From the NCBI RefSeq assembly GCF_964204645.1, contig NW_027437461.1, forward strand, positions 1 through 64,000: a DNA stretch of 64,000 nt, read 5' to 3'. The notes beneath the pieces were generated by a model. The model made no database searches. It saw only the letters and a program-made list of their open reading frames with translations, and was not told the DNA's origin. Source of the stretch: Tubulanus polymorphus. Lineage: Eukaryota > Animalia > Nemertea. The position numbers and the translations under genes were made by a program. Position 1 is the first letter of the stretch; each line of letters opens with the position of its first letter. This document shows, in pieces, positions 1 to 8,753 of this stretch.

Positions 1-46
1 GACAATTAAAAGAATAAAAAATAAATTAAACAATAAAAGACCATAC

Positions 47-3000
47 ATGGAAGATGTAAGAAATTATATTAATTCATTAGATAATAAAAAAGATATAGAG
101 ATAACCGAAGCATTTAAAAGTGATATTGGTCCAGCAGCTATCGAGTTTAAATTTCATAAAGGTAAAACATTAGAAGAAAATAAAAAACATTTAGAAAATA
201 TGAAAGAAATAATAAAAATAATTACAGATGTTGAATATCCTAAAATTAGTATATCAGTTAAAGTAAAGTTTATAAAATCTGAAGATAAACCAATATATAA
301 TATAAATTCTCATTCACAACATATTATATCTAAACAACATATAGATGATAAATTAGAAAAATGTTATAATGAAATAAAAACTAAAATAGAAGAAAAATAT
401 TTTGAAGGATCTGGTTTAATATTTGATGAGATAATATTTATAACTTTACATGTTTATAACACAAAATATAATAAGTTAACTAAATCAAAACCAATTGATG
501 AAAATAATTTATCATATTATAAAGATGATAGTATAAATGGAACAAGTTATATTAAACTACCATTTAAAACTAATGCTGTAATAAACATACAAAATGAAGA
601 TGATAAATGTTTTCTATGGGCTATAATAAGTTGTTTACATCCAGTTGAAGATTATAATAAACATACTTATAGATTAACTCATTATAAACCATTTGAAAAT
701 AATTATAAGATAGATAAGTATCCTGTTAGAATTAAAAACATCCCCAAAATAGAAAGAGATAATAATCTTAAAATAAATGTATTTGATTTAATTAAATTAC
801 CAAATACAAAAGGAAATAATATTAAACATTATACATTAGAACCTTTATATCTATCAAAAGATTATGATTCAAACGATGTTATAGATATATTATATTATGA
901 GAATCATTATATGTGGATTAAACAAATAGATTTATTTTTTAGAACAGAAAGTGATCACCATAATAAAATATATCTATGTAGAAAATGTTTACATAGATTT
1001 AGTAATGAAAGTACATTATTAAATCATAAACAACTATGTGATAATCATGATTATTGTAAATTAGTTTTACCAAATGAAAAGGATAAAATATTAGAATTCA
1101 AAAAATATGATTACAAAAATAAAGTACCATTTGTAATATATGGAGATTTTGAATCATTAAATAAAGAATTAACAGATAAAGATAGAAAAGATATATATTA
1201 TAAAAGAAAGAAATTAAATTCTAATGAAAGTGATTATTCAGATGAACCACTAAAAACAAATACAATTAAAAAGATTCATCAATCAGCTGCTGCTTTCGGG
1301 TTATATATTAAATCTAATTATCCAGAACTAATCGAAAGTGAATATTATAATTATAGAAATGAAAATGTTATCAATCATTTTTGTGACTTATTAATTGAAT
1401 ATGAAATAATATTTAGTAAATTATTGAATACAAATAAAGAAATAATTATGACAGAAGAAGATAAAGAAGAATTTGAGTTTGCAGATAAATGTTATTATTG
1501 TGAAAAGATATTTAATTATAAAGATAAAAAAGTAAGAGACCATGATCATTTGAATGGAAAGTTTAGAGGCGCAGCGCATGAGAATTGTAACTTACAAGCT
1601 AAGAAAATTAACTTTGTACCAGTTATATTTCATAATCTATCAGGATATGATGCACATTTATTTATCAAACAGTTATGTCATAAAATAGAAGAAATCAATA
1701 ATGAAATAGAAATATTAAATTCAAATAAACCAAAAGATAAAATACCAACTTATAAATTTAGAATGTTAGCTAAAACATCTGAGAATTATATATCTTTCCA
1801 ATTTGGATGCTTAAGATTTATAGATTCATATAGATTTTTAAGTAGTTCATTAGACAATCTATCAAAATCATTAGTTGATTATGAATTAAAGATATTAAAA
1901 GAATATTACCCAAATTATGATGATTTTAAATTAATGAGATATAAAGGAGCGATTCCATATTCTTTCTATAAAAATCATAATGATTTTAATATAACTGAAT
2001 TATTAAAAGAACAATTTTATGATGAATTAAAAAATGAATATGTTAAAGATGAAGTTTATAATAGAACATTGAATATTTGGAATCATTTCAAAATAGAAAA
2101 TCATGGTCAATTAGTAGATTTATATTTGAAATCAGATGTATTATTATTAACTGATATATTCGAAAGGTTTAGAGATGTAAACCTAAAATATTTTAACATT
2201 GATCCTTGTCATTGTTATTCTAGCCCAGGATTAACATGGGATTGTGGATTAAAATTTACAGATATAAAAATGGATTTGTTAACAAATATAGATCAATTAC
2301 TATTATTTGAAAAATCTATAAGAGGAGGTGTTTCAGGTGTATTAGGGGATAGATATTTCAATGTAAATGATAACCCTGGATATAAATTATTATACATAGA
2401 TGTAAATAATCTTTATGGTTGGGCAATGATGGAACCACAACCTTATGGGATGTTTGAAATAACTGAAGTTTTACAAATTGATAAATTTGATTGGAAGAAA
2501 AGAATTCTAGATATTGCAGATGATTCAGATACTGGTTACTTCTTTGTTGTAGATTTAAAATACCCCGAAAATATTAAATTCAAATCTAGAAATCTAGCAT
2601 ATTGTCCCGAACATAAAACTGTTAAACATGAAGAATTATCAAATTATCAAAAAAGAATTAAACCCGATAATCATATTCATACTGAAAAGTTAATGGTAAC
2701 TCAAGAAGATAAATATAATTACGTTGTGCATTATAGAATGTTGAAGTTTTATTTGAATCAAGGAATGATATTAAAAAAAGTACATAGATATATTTCATTC
2801 AGTCAATCTAAATGGTTAGAAAAATATATAGATTTTAATACTACACAGAGAACTAAATCTAAAACTGATTTTGAGAAGGATTTCTTCAAGTTAATGAATA
2901 ATGCATTCTATGGTAAGACTTGTGAAAATATTAGAAATAGAAATGATATTGAGTTAGTTAGTAATGGTAAAAGAATTAGGCATTTACAATCATATCCTAA

Positions 3001-3394
3001 GTTTATAGGTAACAGAATATTTGATGAAAATTTAGCAGCAGTTAAAATGAGGAGAACTTCTATGAAGTTCAATAAACCTATTTATGTTGGTGCATCAGTT
3101 CTAGAAATTTCAAAGTTATTAATGTATCAATTTTATTATAACATATTACAACCCCATTTTGGAGAAAAACACATAGAAATCTTATATTTTGATTCTGTAA
3201 CAGCTGACACCCCAATATTTTTAAAATATAATAATCAAATGTTAATTAGAAGAATTTCAGAAATAATTCCAAAACAAAATGAACTTTATATTTCATATGG
3301 TGAAAAAGAATTAATACAAATAAATGGATTAATGGATGTTTGGACAAAAAATGGATGGGTGAAATTAAAGAATATAATTAGACAAAACGAATAA
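47..3394 (+). CDS. polB: Protein-primed family B DNA polymerase, N-terminal part (true start upstream of window), running into intein N-terminus
   Basis: Exonuclease motifs YGDFES, FHNLSGYDAH, YLKSDVLLL; polymerase motifs YIDVNNLYG, KLMNNAFYGK; YFD just before the intein. Embedded CxxC...RDHDH...GAAHxxCN (endonuclease VII-like) domain. Frame is open before the ATG (TIKRIKNKLNNKRPY), matching copy 2 ORF 51931-52476. Confidence 0.95.
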   Translation: MEDVRNYINSLDNKKDIEITEAFKSDIGPAAIEFKFHKGKTLEENKKHLENMKEIIKIITDVEYPKISISVKVKFIKSEDKPIYNINSHSQHIISKQHIDDKLEKCYNEIKTKIEEKYFEGSGLIFDEIIFITLHVYNTKYNKLTKSKPIDENNLSYYKDDSINGTSYIKLPFKTNAVINIQNEDDKCFLWAIISCLHPVEDYNKHTYRLTHYKPFENNYKIDKYPVRIKNIPKIERDNNLKINVFDLIKLPNTKGNNIKHYTLEPLYLSKDYDSNDVIDILYYENHYMWIKQIDLFFRTESDHHNKIYLCRKCLHRFSNESTLLNHKQLCDNHDYCKLVLPNEKDKILEFKKYDYKNKVPFVIYGDFESLNKELTDKDRKDIYYKRKKLNSNESDYSDEPLKTNTIKKIHQSAAAFGLYIKSNYPELIESEYYNYRNENVINHFCDLLIEYEIIFSKLLNTNKEIIMTEEDKEEFEFADKCYYCEKIFNYKDKKVRDHDHLNGKFRGAAHENCNLQAKKINFVPVIFHNLSGYDAHLFIKQLCHKIEEINNEIEILNSNKPKDKIPTYKFRMLAKTSENYISFQFGCLRFIDSYRFLSSSLDNLSKSLVDYELKILKEYYPNYDDFKLMRYKGAIPYSFYKNHNDFNITELLKEQFYDELKNEYVKDEVYNRTLNIWNHFKIENHGQLVDLYLKSDVLLLTDIFERFRDVNLKYFNIDPCHCYSSPGLTWDCGLKFTDIKMDLLTNIDQLLLFEKSIRGGVSGVLGDRYFNVNDNPGYKLLYIDVNNLYGWAMMEPQPYGMFEITEVLQIDKFDWKKRILDIADDSDTGYFFVVDLKYPENIKFKSRNLAYCPEHKTVKHEELSNYQKRIKPDNHIHTEKLMVTQEDKYNYVVHYRMLKFYLNQGMILKKVHRYISFSQSKWLEKYIDFNTTQRTKSKTDFEKDFFKLMNNAFYGKTCENIRNRNDIELVSNGKRIRHLQSYPKFIGNRIFDENLAAVKMRRTSMKFNKPIYVGASVLEISKLLMYQFYYNILQPHFGEKHIEILYFDSVTADTPIFLKYNNQMLIRRISEIIPKQNELYISYGEKELIQINGLMDVWTKNGWVKLKNIIRQNE

Positions 3395-4256
3395 GAAAAT
3401 CTATAGAGTTAGAACTAAATTAGGATTTGTTGATGTTACTGAAGATCATAGTTTAATTAAACGAAATGGTGATGAAATAAAACCAACTGATATAAAAATT
3501 GGAGATGAATTATTACACAACAGATTTTACCCAAGAATGAATCATATGTTATTTGATAAAATAATTGATAATATTTATAATATAGAACCCGAAACATTAG
3601 AAGAAAAAGAATATTTTATCAAAGGATTTTTTATGGGTGATGGTTCAGCAGGTGTGTATAATTATGTTAGTGGAACTAAATATTGTTGGTATTTATGCAA
3701 TCAAGATTTGAAATTATTAGAAAGAATTAAGAAATACTGTGAAGAAGTTTATTCACATAAAACATTTAGAATCATGGATGTTATGAAATCATCGCAATGT
3801 TATAGAATACATGTGAATAATCCTAAAGATTTTGCTACAAAATATAATGATGAATTCTATATTCATGCAATAGTGAAAAGTAATACTTCAACAAAAGAAA
3901 AGATAGTTCCAGATTATGTATTAAATGCAAAATATGATTTAAGAAAATGGTTCTTCATTGGATTTTATGCTGCAGATGGTTCAAAAAAATATACAAAACA
4001 GAAAACTATATCTTTGACACAAAAAGGAAAAGTTGCTATATCAGGATTAAATATATTATGCAATTCATTAGGATTTAATATGTTAGTTAATATTAGAAAA
4101 GATAAACTAAATGTATTTCAATTAACGCATGTAGAAAATGAACTAACTGAAGAAGCTACTGATTTATTTGAAATATACAATCCTACAGAATGTGTTTATG
4201 ATTTAACAACTGAAGATGGTACATTTAATTGTGGATTTCCATTAATCATAAAAAAT
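3194..4256 (+). other. Intein with LAGLIDADG homing endonuclease in the pPolB YxD|TDS motif (2-nt frameshift near 3385)
   Basis: Block A SVTADTP directly after YFD; block B FVDVTEDHSL (shifted frame, ~3426-3455); LAGLIDADG motifs FIKGFFMGDGS and FFIGFYAADGS; block F VYDLTTEDGTF; C-terminal IIKN followed by extein T(DS). Copy 2 reads YFDTDS uninterrupted. Confidence 0.93.
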
Positions 4257-4787
4257 ACAGATTCTTACATATTAAAGATAAAAACTGATAACATAACAGA
4301 TGATTTAAAAACATTAAAACACCATTTTGATTTTAGTAACTATCCTAAAGATCATGAATTGTTTAGCAATGATAATAAAAAAGTTCCAGGGAAGTTTAAG
4401 GATGAATTAGGTGGTGAAGAAATGATAGAGTTCATTGGTATTAGATCTAAAATGTATTCATATAAAACTAAAACTCATGAAGCTAAAAAGTTAAAAGGAA
4501 TTACCAAAAGTGTAGTAGAAAAGAATATTCATTTCAAAGATTACATTAATTGTATATTTAATGAAGAAGTTAGAAAACATAAGATGAAATGTTTAAGATC
4601 TGAGTACCACGAAATGTTTATTGAAGAAATAGAGAAGATAAGTCTAAACCCATTTGATGATAAAAGATATATTTTAGATGATGGAATCCACACAGTCGCC
4701 TATGGTTGCAATTTAGATGAATATATAAAATTCAAAAGAGAAGAAACAAAAGAAAATGAAATCATGAAAAGGATTCTAACGTGTTAA
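3537..4787 (+). CDS. polB: Intein endonuclease/C-terminal splicing region plus pPolB C-terminal extein (same gene as 47-3394)
   Basis: After IIKN: TDSYIL, FDFSNYP, VPGKFKDE, RSKMYS, LNPFDDKRY, typical of a pPolB C-terminus and near-identical to copy 2 41812-42340. Confidence 0.92.
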   Translation: MNHMLFDKIIDNIYNIEPETLEEKEYFIKGFFMGDGSAGVYNYVSGTKYCWYLCNQDLKLLERIKKYCEEVYSHKTFRIMDVMKSSQCYRIHVNNPKDFATKYNDEFYIHAIVKSNTSTKEKIVPDYVLNAKYDLRKWFFIGFYAADGSKKYTKQKTISLTQKGKVAISGLNILCNSLGFNMLVNIRKDKLNVFQLTHVENELTEEATDLFEIYNPTECVYDLTTEDGTFNCGFPLIIKNTDSYILKIKTDNITDDLKTLKHHFDFSNYPKDHELFSNDNKKVPGKFKDELGGEEMIEFIGIRSKMYSYKTKTHEAKKLKGITKSVVEKNIHFKDYINCIFNEEVRKHKMKCLRSEYHEMFIEEIEKISLNPFDDKRYILDDGIHTVAYGCNLDEYIKFKREETKENEIMKRILTC

Positions 4788-4815
4788 TCGATTTCAATAA
4801 AAATTTGTATAATAA

Positions 4816-5157
4816 ATGGAGAGTAAACAAGTACACAGTGAATTCTTAGATAGAATTAAAGATACTTCAAGCGTCAAATCTGTAGATTATAAATTTAAAA
4901 AACTAACTGAGTTAACAATTCACAAGAAATATTTAATTACTAACATTGAAACAATTACTAATAAATATGGAGATAAATTAGTAATTCATTTAGAATATGA
5001 AGGATTAAAAGGAAATAAATATAAATTCAGAACTTATTTACCAGATAGATTTCATAGATTATCAAGTGAAGATTTAGAAGAATTATGTTCTGGAGATTTC
5101 TATTTCGTATACAAAGGTAAGAATGAAAAAGGGCACCATGAAATAGATTTCGAATAA
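4816..5157 (+). CDS. Conserved Polinton protein, 113 aa (possible OB-fold ssDNA-binding protein)
   Basis: Intact in both copies (41441-41782) with TAAATG start. Beta-rich pattern KKLTEL..KKYLI..TNKYG..YLPDRF. Fold is inference only. Confidence 0.75.
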   Translation: MESKQVHSEFLDRIKDTSSVKSVDYKFKKLTELTIHKKYLITNIETITNKYGDKLVIHLEYEGLKGNKYKFRTYLPDRFHRLSSEDLEELCSGDFYFVYKGKNEKGHHEIDFE

Positions 5158-5174
5158 GAAAATATGTAAAATAA

Positions 5175-5933
5175 ATGGTGGAATTAAAAGAATACAGAAT
5201 ATTTGTTGATTCTAGAAAACTTACAAATTATAAATCACATAATTTATTAGTACAATTAGACAGAGAATTCAAGAATTGTGTAGATTTAAAATTAGTTAAT
5301 ATAAGTTTATGTAATTCTTTTCATAATATATCGGATAAAAGTTTTGATCATAGAGACTTTTTAATTCATATTAGAAATATAAATAAATGGTTTCAACTAA
5401 TTTTAAAACCAGGATTATATAATTTAGATACATTAGCACAAGAAATTAATCGGAGAGCACGATTAAAACTTAAAAGTGAAGATAAATTTTCAATTAGATT
5501 TATAAAAAGTGATAGTTCTAATAAAATTAAAATAAAGTTAGATGATGAAAACAAACATGCATTTATGGTAAGGAAACCTTTAGCTAAACTGTTAGGAATT
5601 AAACCACAAACTGTTACAGGAAACGTAGACGGTAATTCAAATATAATACCTTTTACACATTTTTATATTTATTGCAATTTAATTGACCCAACAAAAACAT
5701 TCGAAGCAACTAAAGATACAACATGTAATTCTAGTATATTAAATATTTTACCATTAAAAAATGTTAAACAATTTGGAACGCAAATAAATTATAATTTAGC
5801 TGAATGTGATTTCAAACCTTGTATTCCTCAATTTAATAATTTTAAATTAGAAATAAGAAATCATAATGGATACTTAATTGATTTGAATAACTTTCCTGTA
5901 ATTTATGAATTAGTTATAAGATGTAAAGAGTAA
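5175..5933 (+). CDS. Minor capsid protein (penton, single jelly roll)
   Basis: N-terminal IFVDSR, PGLYN, FYIYCNLI and C-terminal EIRNHNGYLIDLNNFPVIYEL, the pattern of Polinton/virophage minor capsid proteins. Confidence 0.8.
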   Translation: MVELKEYRIFVDSRKLTNYKSHNLLVQLDREFKNCVDLKLVNISLCNSFHNISDKSFDHRDFLIHIRNINKWFQLILKPGLYNLDTLAQEINRRARLKLKSEDKFSIRFIKSDSSNKIKIKLDDENKHAFMVRKPLAKLLGIKPQTVTGNVDGNSNIIPFTHFYIYCNLIDPTKTFEATKDTTCNSSILNILPLKNVKQFGTQINYNLAECDFKPCIPQFNNFKLEIRNHNGYLIDLNNFPVIYELVIRCKE

Positions 5934-5949
5934 TTTTTCACCTATATAA

Positions 5950-6297
5950 ATGAATATAACTGTTGGACCGAGTATATGTTTTGGGTTTGATTTTAAACGT
6001 GAGAAAGAAATGAAATTTAACATTTATGATGTAATAACACATATCAAAAATATTGCATTTTCTAATGAAACAACATTTGAGTATGAAACAACAATTGATA
6101 AAGAAACTTTTAATATAGAAAAGATTACCGAATCTTTAAGATTTTATGAATTAGATGAAGATTTTATCATCGATGATATTAAAAACATATTATCCAAAAT
6201 ATATGATAATCATAAAACTAGTAATGAAATAAATGTTGAATTAATCATAAATAAGTTAACTAAATATTTTGATGATAGTAATTTTTTTGATAAATAA
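5950..6297 (+). CDS. Polinton hypothetical protein, 115 aa
   Basis: TAAATG start; ortholog at 40294-40653. Confidence 0.75.
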   Translation: MNITVGPSICFGFDFKREKEMKFNIYDVITHIKNIAFSNETTFEYETTIDKETFNIEKITESLRFYELDEDFIIDDIKNILSKIYDNHKTSNEINVELIINKLTKYFDDSNFFDK

Positions 6298-6519
6298 ATG
6301 AGTGATAATAAGTGGATAATAACTGGATTATATAATGGCGCATTACTATCAGTTGGAACTGTTGGTTATTCAATGGTATTAAAAAAAGTATTCAAAATGG
6401 GAAGTGTTAATGTTGATAGATTTGATATAAATGATATTTTAAAGTTAACATTAGCAGTTACTTTATCTAATTTAACAATTGATTATTTGGAAAAACAAAA
6501 ATATATTCCTCCCATATAA
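6298..6519 (+). CDS. Small hydrophobic Polinton protein, 73 aa
   Basis: Two hydrophobic segments; nearly identical intact ortholog at 40076-40297. Confidence 0.8.
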   Translation: MSDNKWIITGLYNGALLSVGTVGYSMVLKKVFKMGSVNVDRFDINDILKLTLAVTLSNLTIDYLEKQKYIPPI

Positions 6520-6542
6520 ATGCATAATTTTTTGCTAAATAA

Positions 6543-6965
6543 ATGGCTTCTGCAATTATAACTATTATAGGATCAGCAATTGTTAACGCTTTAGCATTTA
6601 CTGGTGGTGGTTATTTATTTAAACATATTGATAAAAATGGTTCATTAACAGAACAAAAAAGACATAATTTAGCGTTAGAGAAATATAATAAAGATGCAGA
6701 AGAATATAGAGAAAAGAGACAAAACTATATGGATTACATCAATAAAGAATTATATGATCAGAAGATTTCACATAGAGATTTTCAATCAGTCGATGATGCA
6801 ATGAGTTTATATAACGCAGTAACAAATAAAGAAAAATTACATCTATACAAACCTAAATTATCAGATTATTATACCCCAAGTAAAGAACAACAGAAATATG
6901 AAATAATTTGGATTTTAGGTGGAACAGTTATTGTTATATTTGTTGCTTATAAGTTTACTAATTAG
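6543..6965 (+). CDS. Polinton membrane-associated protein, 140 aa
   Basis: Hydrophobic N-terminal helix MASAIITIIGSAIVNALAFTGGG, charged helical middle, C-terminal TM segment; ortholog 39629-40051. Confidence 0.8.
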   Translation: MASAIITIIGSAIVNALAFTGGGYLFKHIDKNGSLTEQKRHNLALEKYNKDAEEYREKRQNYMDYINKELYDQKISHRDFQSVDDAMSLYNAVTNKEKLHLYKPKLSDYYTPSKEQQKYEIIWILGGTVIVIFVAYKFTN

Positions 6966-6984
6966 TAATTTTTATTCTAAATAA

Positions 6985-7419
6985 ATGGAAGATAAAGTTG
7001 ATAGTATTGATATTATTCCTCATGATATAAATAAAACTAAATTAAAAATATATTTAGAAAAACAAATATTAGAATTTGAAAGTGACTTAAAGATAAAAAA
7101 GAAAAAATATTTAAAAAGTAAAATTATATATTATTTGATTATAAGTGGTTCGGTTACAATTAGTTCTGTAATAACATTTCTAGCAATATTCAGCCCATTA
7201 ACACCTTTAGCTATATCGATTGGTGTGTTAGGATTAAGTTCAAGTGTTTTAACTGGTATAAGTTCAAAATTAAATATAAAAAGTAATAAAGAAAAAATTA
7301 AAACTAATATAAAAGAAATAAATAAATTAAAGAACACACTAGATTATATAATAAGTTTAAATGGTCATATAACAGTTGAAGAACAAGATAAATTATTAAA
7401 AGAATTAATAAATTATTAA
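6985..7419 (+). CDS. Two-TM Polinton protein, 144 aa
   Basis: Hydrophobic hairpin flanked by basic coiled segments; ortholog 39175-39609 differs at two residues. Confidence 0.8.
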   Translation: MEDKVDSIDIIPHDINKTKLKIYLEKQILEFESDLKIKKKKYLKSKIIYYLIISGSVTISSVITFLAIFSPLTPLAISIGVLGLSSSVLTGISSKLNIKSNKEKIKTNIKEINKLKNTLDYIISLNGHITVEEQDKLLKELINY

Positions 7420-7435
7420 TTTTTTAATTATATAA

Positions 7436-8737
7436 ATGGGGTTTCCAAAAGCTTTCCAATATAATAAATCAATTAAATATAATATTCCAGCAATAGATTT
7501 TAAGAAAAATATTACATATAAAAATATAGTTTTAAATTCATTAACTAATTTAGAAATTTATGTTAATGAATCACAGTTTTTTATTTCTAAAATGGAAAAT
7601 ATATTTAATACATATGAAGTTACTTTTACTCGAGATGAATATCATAAATATAAAGTAAAATCTAATATGAAGTATTGGCAGAACCAATTAGATTTTGCTG
7701 TTTATTGTGCAACAACAGGATGTGGAATAAGTTGGAATGATCATTTAAATAACTTAGATAAAAATTTGAAGTATTCTGATTTAAAATTAATTCACACAAT
7801 ATTTAGATTTCACTCATATTTTCAAATCAGAATAATATTAAATGAATTAGAATGTCCTTTACCCGGGTCTAAATATTTTAAAGAATTAGATAATAATATT
7901 AATATATCCAAGTTTTATAAAATATGTAATGAATTTAATATAAATATTAATTCCGATTTTAGAGCGCATGGTAAATTGCAAGGTGTTGGTGAACAGTATG
8001 AAATAAAAAGAATTGATTATATGCATAGAATTGGAGCTTATCATAATTATAAAATTGATAATAATAATGGTTGGGTTAATTTCATTTTAGAAAATGGTGA
8101 AGGTTTTACAAAATCAGGTATAGAAAGAATAAATCAATCTATTAGAACTTATTTGATATGTATTCTAGGCGCCCAAGTTGAAACAAGATCCCCAATAATT
8201 GGAAATGATAACACTTCATTCGATGCGCAAAAACAATTCAAAGTATTATTTGAAGATTCCATACATGATGATAAAAATAGATCGATTCCAGAAAACATTA
8301 TAAGATATCAAAATTATTTAGATAAATCTCATGTAAGACTAAATTATTGTATAGGCCCTAATCTATTAATTATTTCTAATGATTTAGTATTAAAGATGGG
8401 AAATATAATTGGTTATAATAATCTAATTAAAACTGCAACAATAAATAATTCATTTGGATTAAATGATATAAATAAAAAGATTATTACTGCTCCAAAATTA
8501 ATGGAAGGTGAAAAAAATAAAAAACACATTCAATCAACAGAAACTAAAACTAAGAATATTAAATTGGTTAATGATTCCAAAATAAAAGATTATAATACAT
8601 CAGAAAATATAAAAACTGATATTATTCAACATGATATAATTAAACTAAATGATGATAATAAATCCCATGAAAATACTAAATTAGCTATAACTTGTATAGG
8701 AATTGTAATCGGAGGAATATTATATTTTAAATTTTAA
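7436..8737 (+). CDS. Conserved Polinton protein, 433 aa, with C-terminal membrane anchor
   Basis: YWQNQLDFAVYCATTGCGISW motif; C-terminal LAITCIGIVIGGILYF; ortholog 37774-39158. Confidence 0.8.
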   Translation: MGFPKAFQYNKSIKYNIPAIDFKKNITYKNIVLNSLTNLEIYVNESQFFISKMENIFNTYEVTFTRDEYHKYKVKSNMKYWQNQLDFAVYCATTGCGISWNDHLNNLDKNLKYSDLKLIHTIFRFHSYFQIRIILNELECPLPGSKYFKELDNNINISKFYKICNEFNININSDFRAHGKLQGVGEQYEIKRIDYMHRIGAYHNYKIDNNNGWVNFILENGEGFTKSGIERINQSIRTYLICILGAQVETRSPIIGNDNTSFDAQKQFKVLFEDSIHDDKNRSIPENIIRYQNYLDKSHVRLNYCIGPNLLIISNDLVLKMGNIIGYNNLIKTATINNSFGLNDINKKIITAPKLMEGEKNKKHIQSTETKTKNIKLVNDSKIKDYNTSENIKTDIIQHDIIKLNDDNKSHENTKLAITCIGIVIGGILYFKF

Positions 8738-8753
8738 TTTTTTTATTATGTAA

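Noticed and set aside
3378-3394. Programmed ribosomal frameshift in pPolB
   Set aside because: No canonical slippery heptamer or downstream structure; a simple 2-nt deletion restores a typical intein sequence.
3194-4256. Insert as a spliceosomal or group I intron
   Set aside because: No GT/AG ends; protein-level intein blocks A, B, F, G lie at exact codon boundaries.
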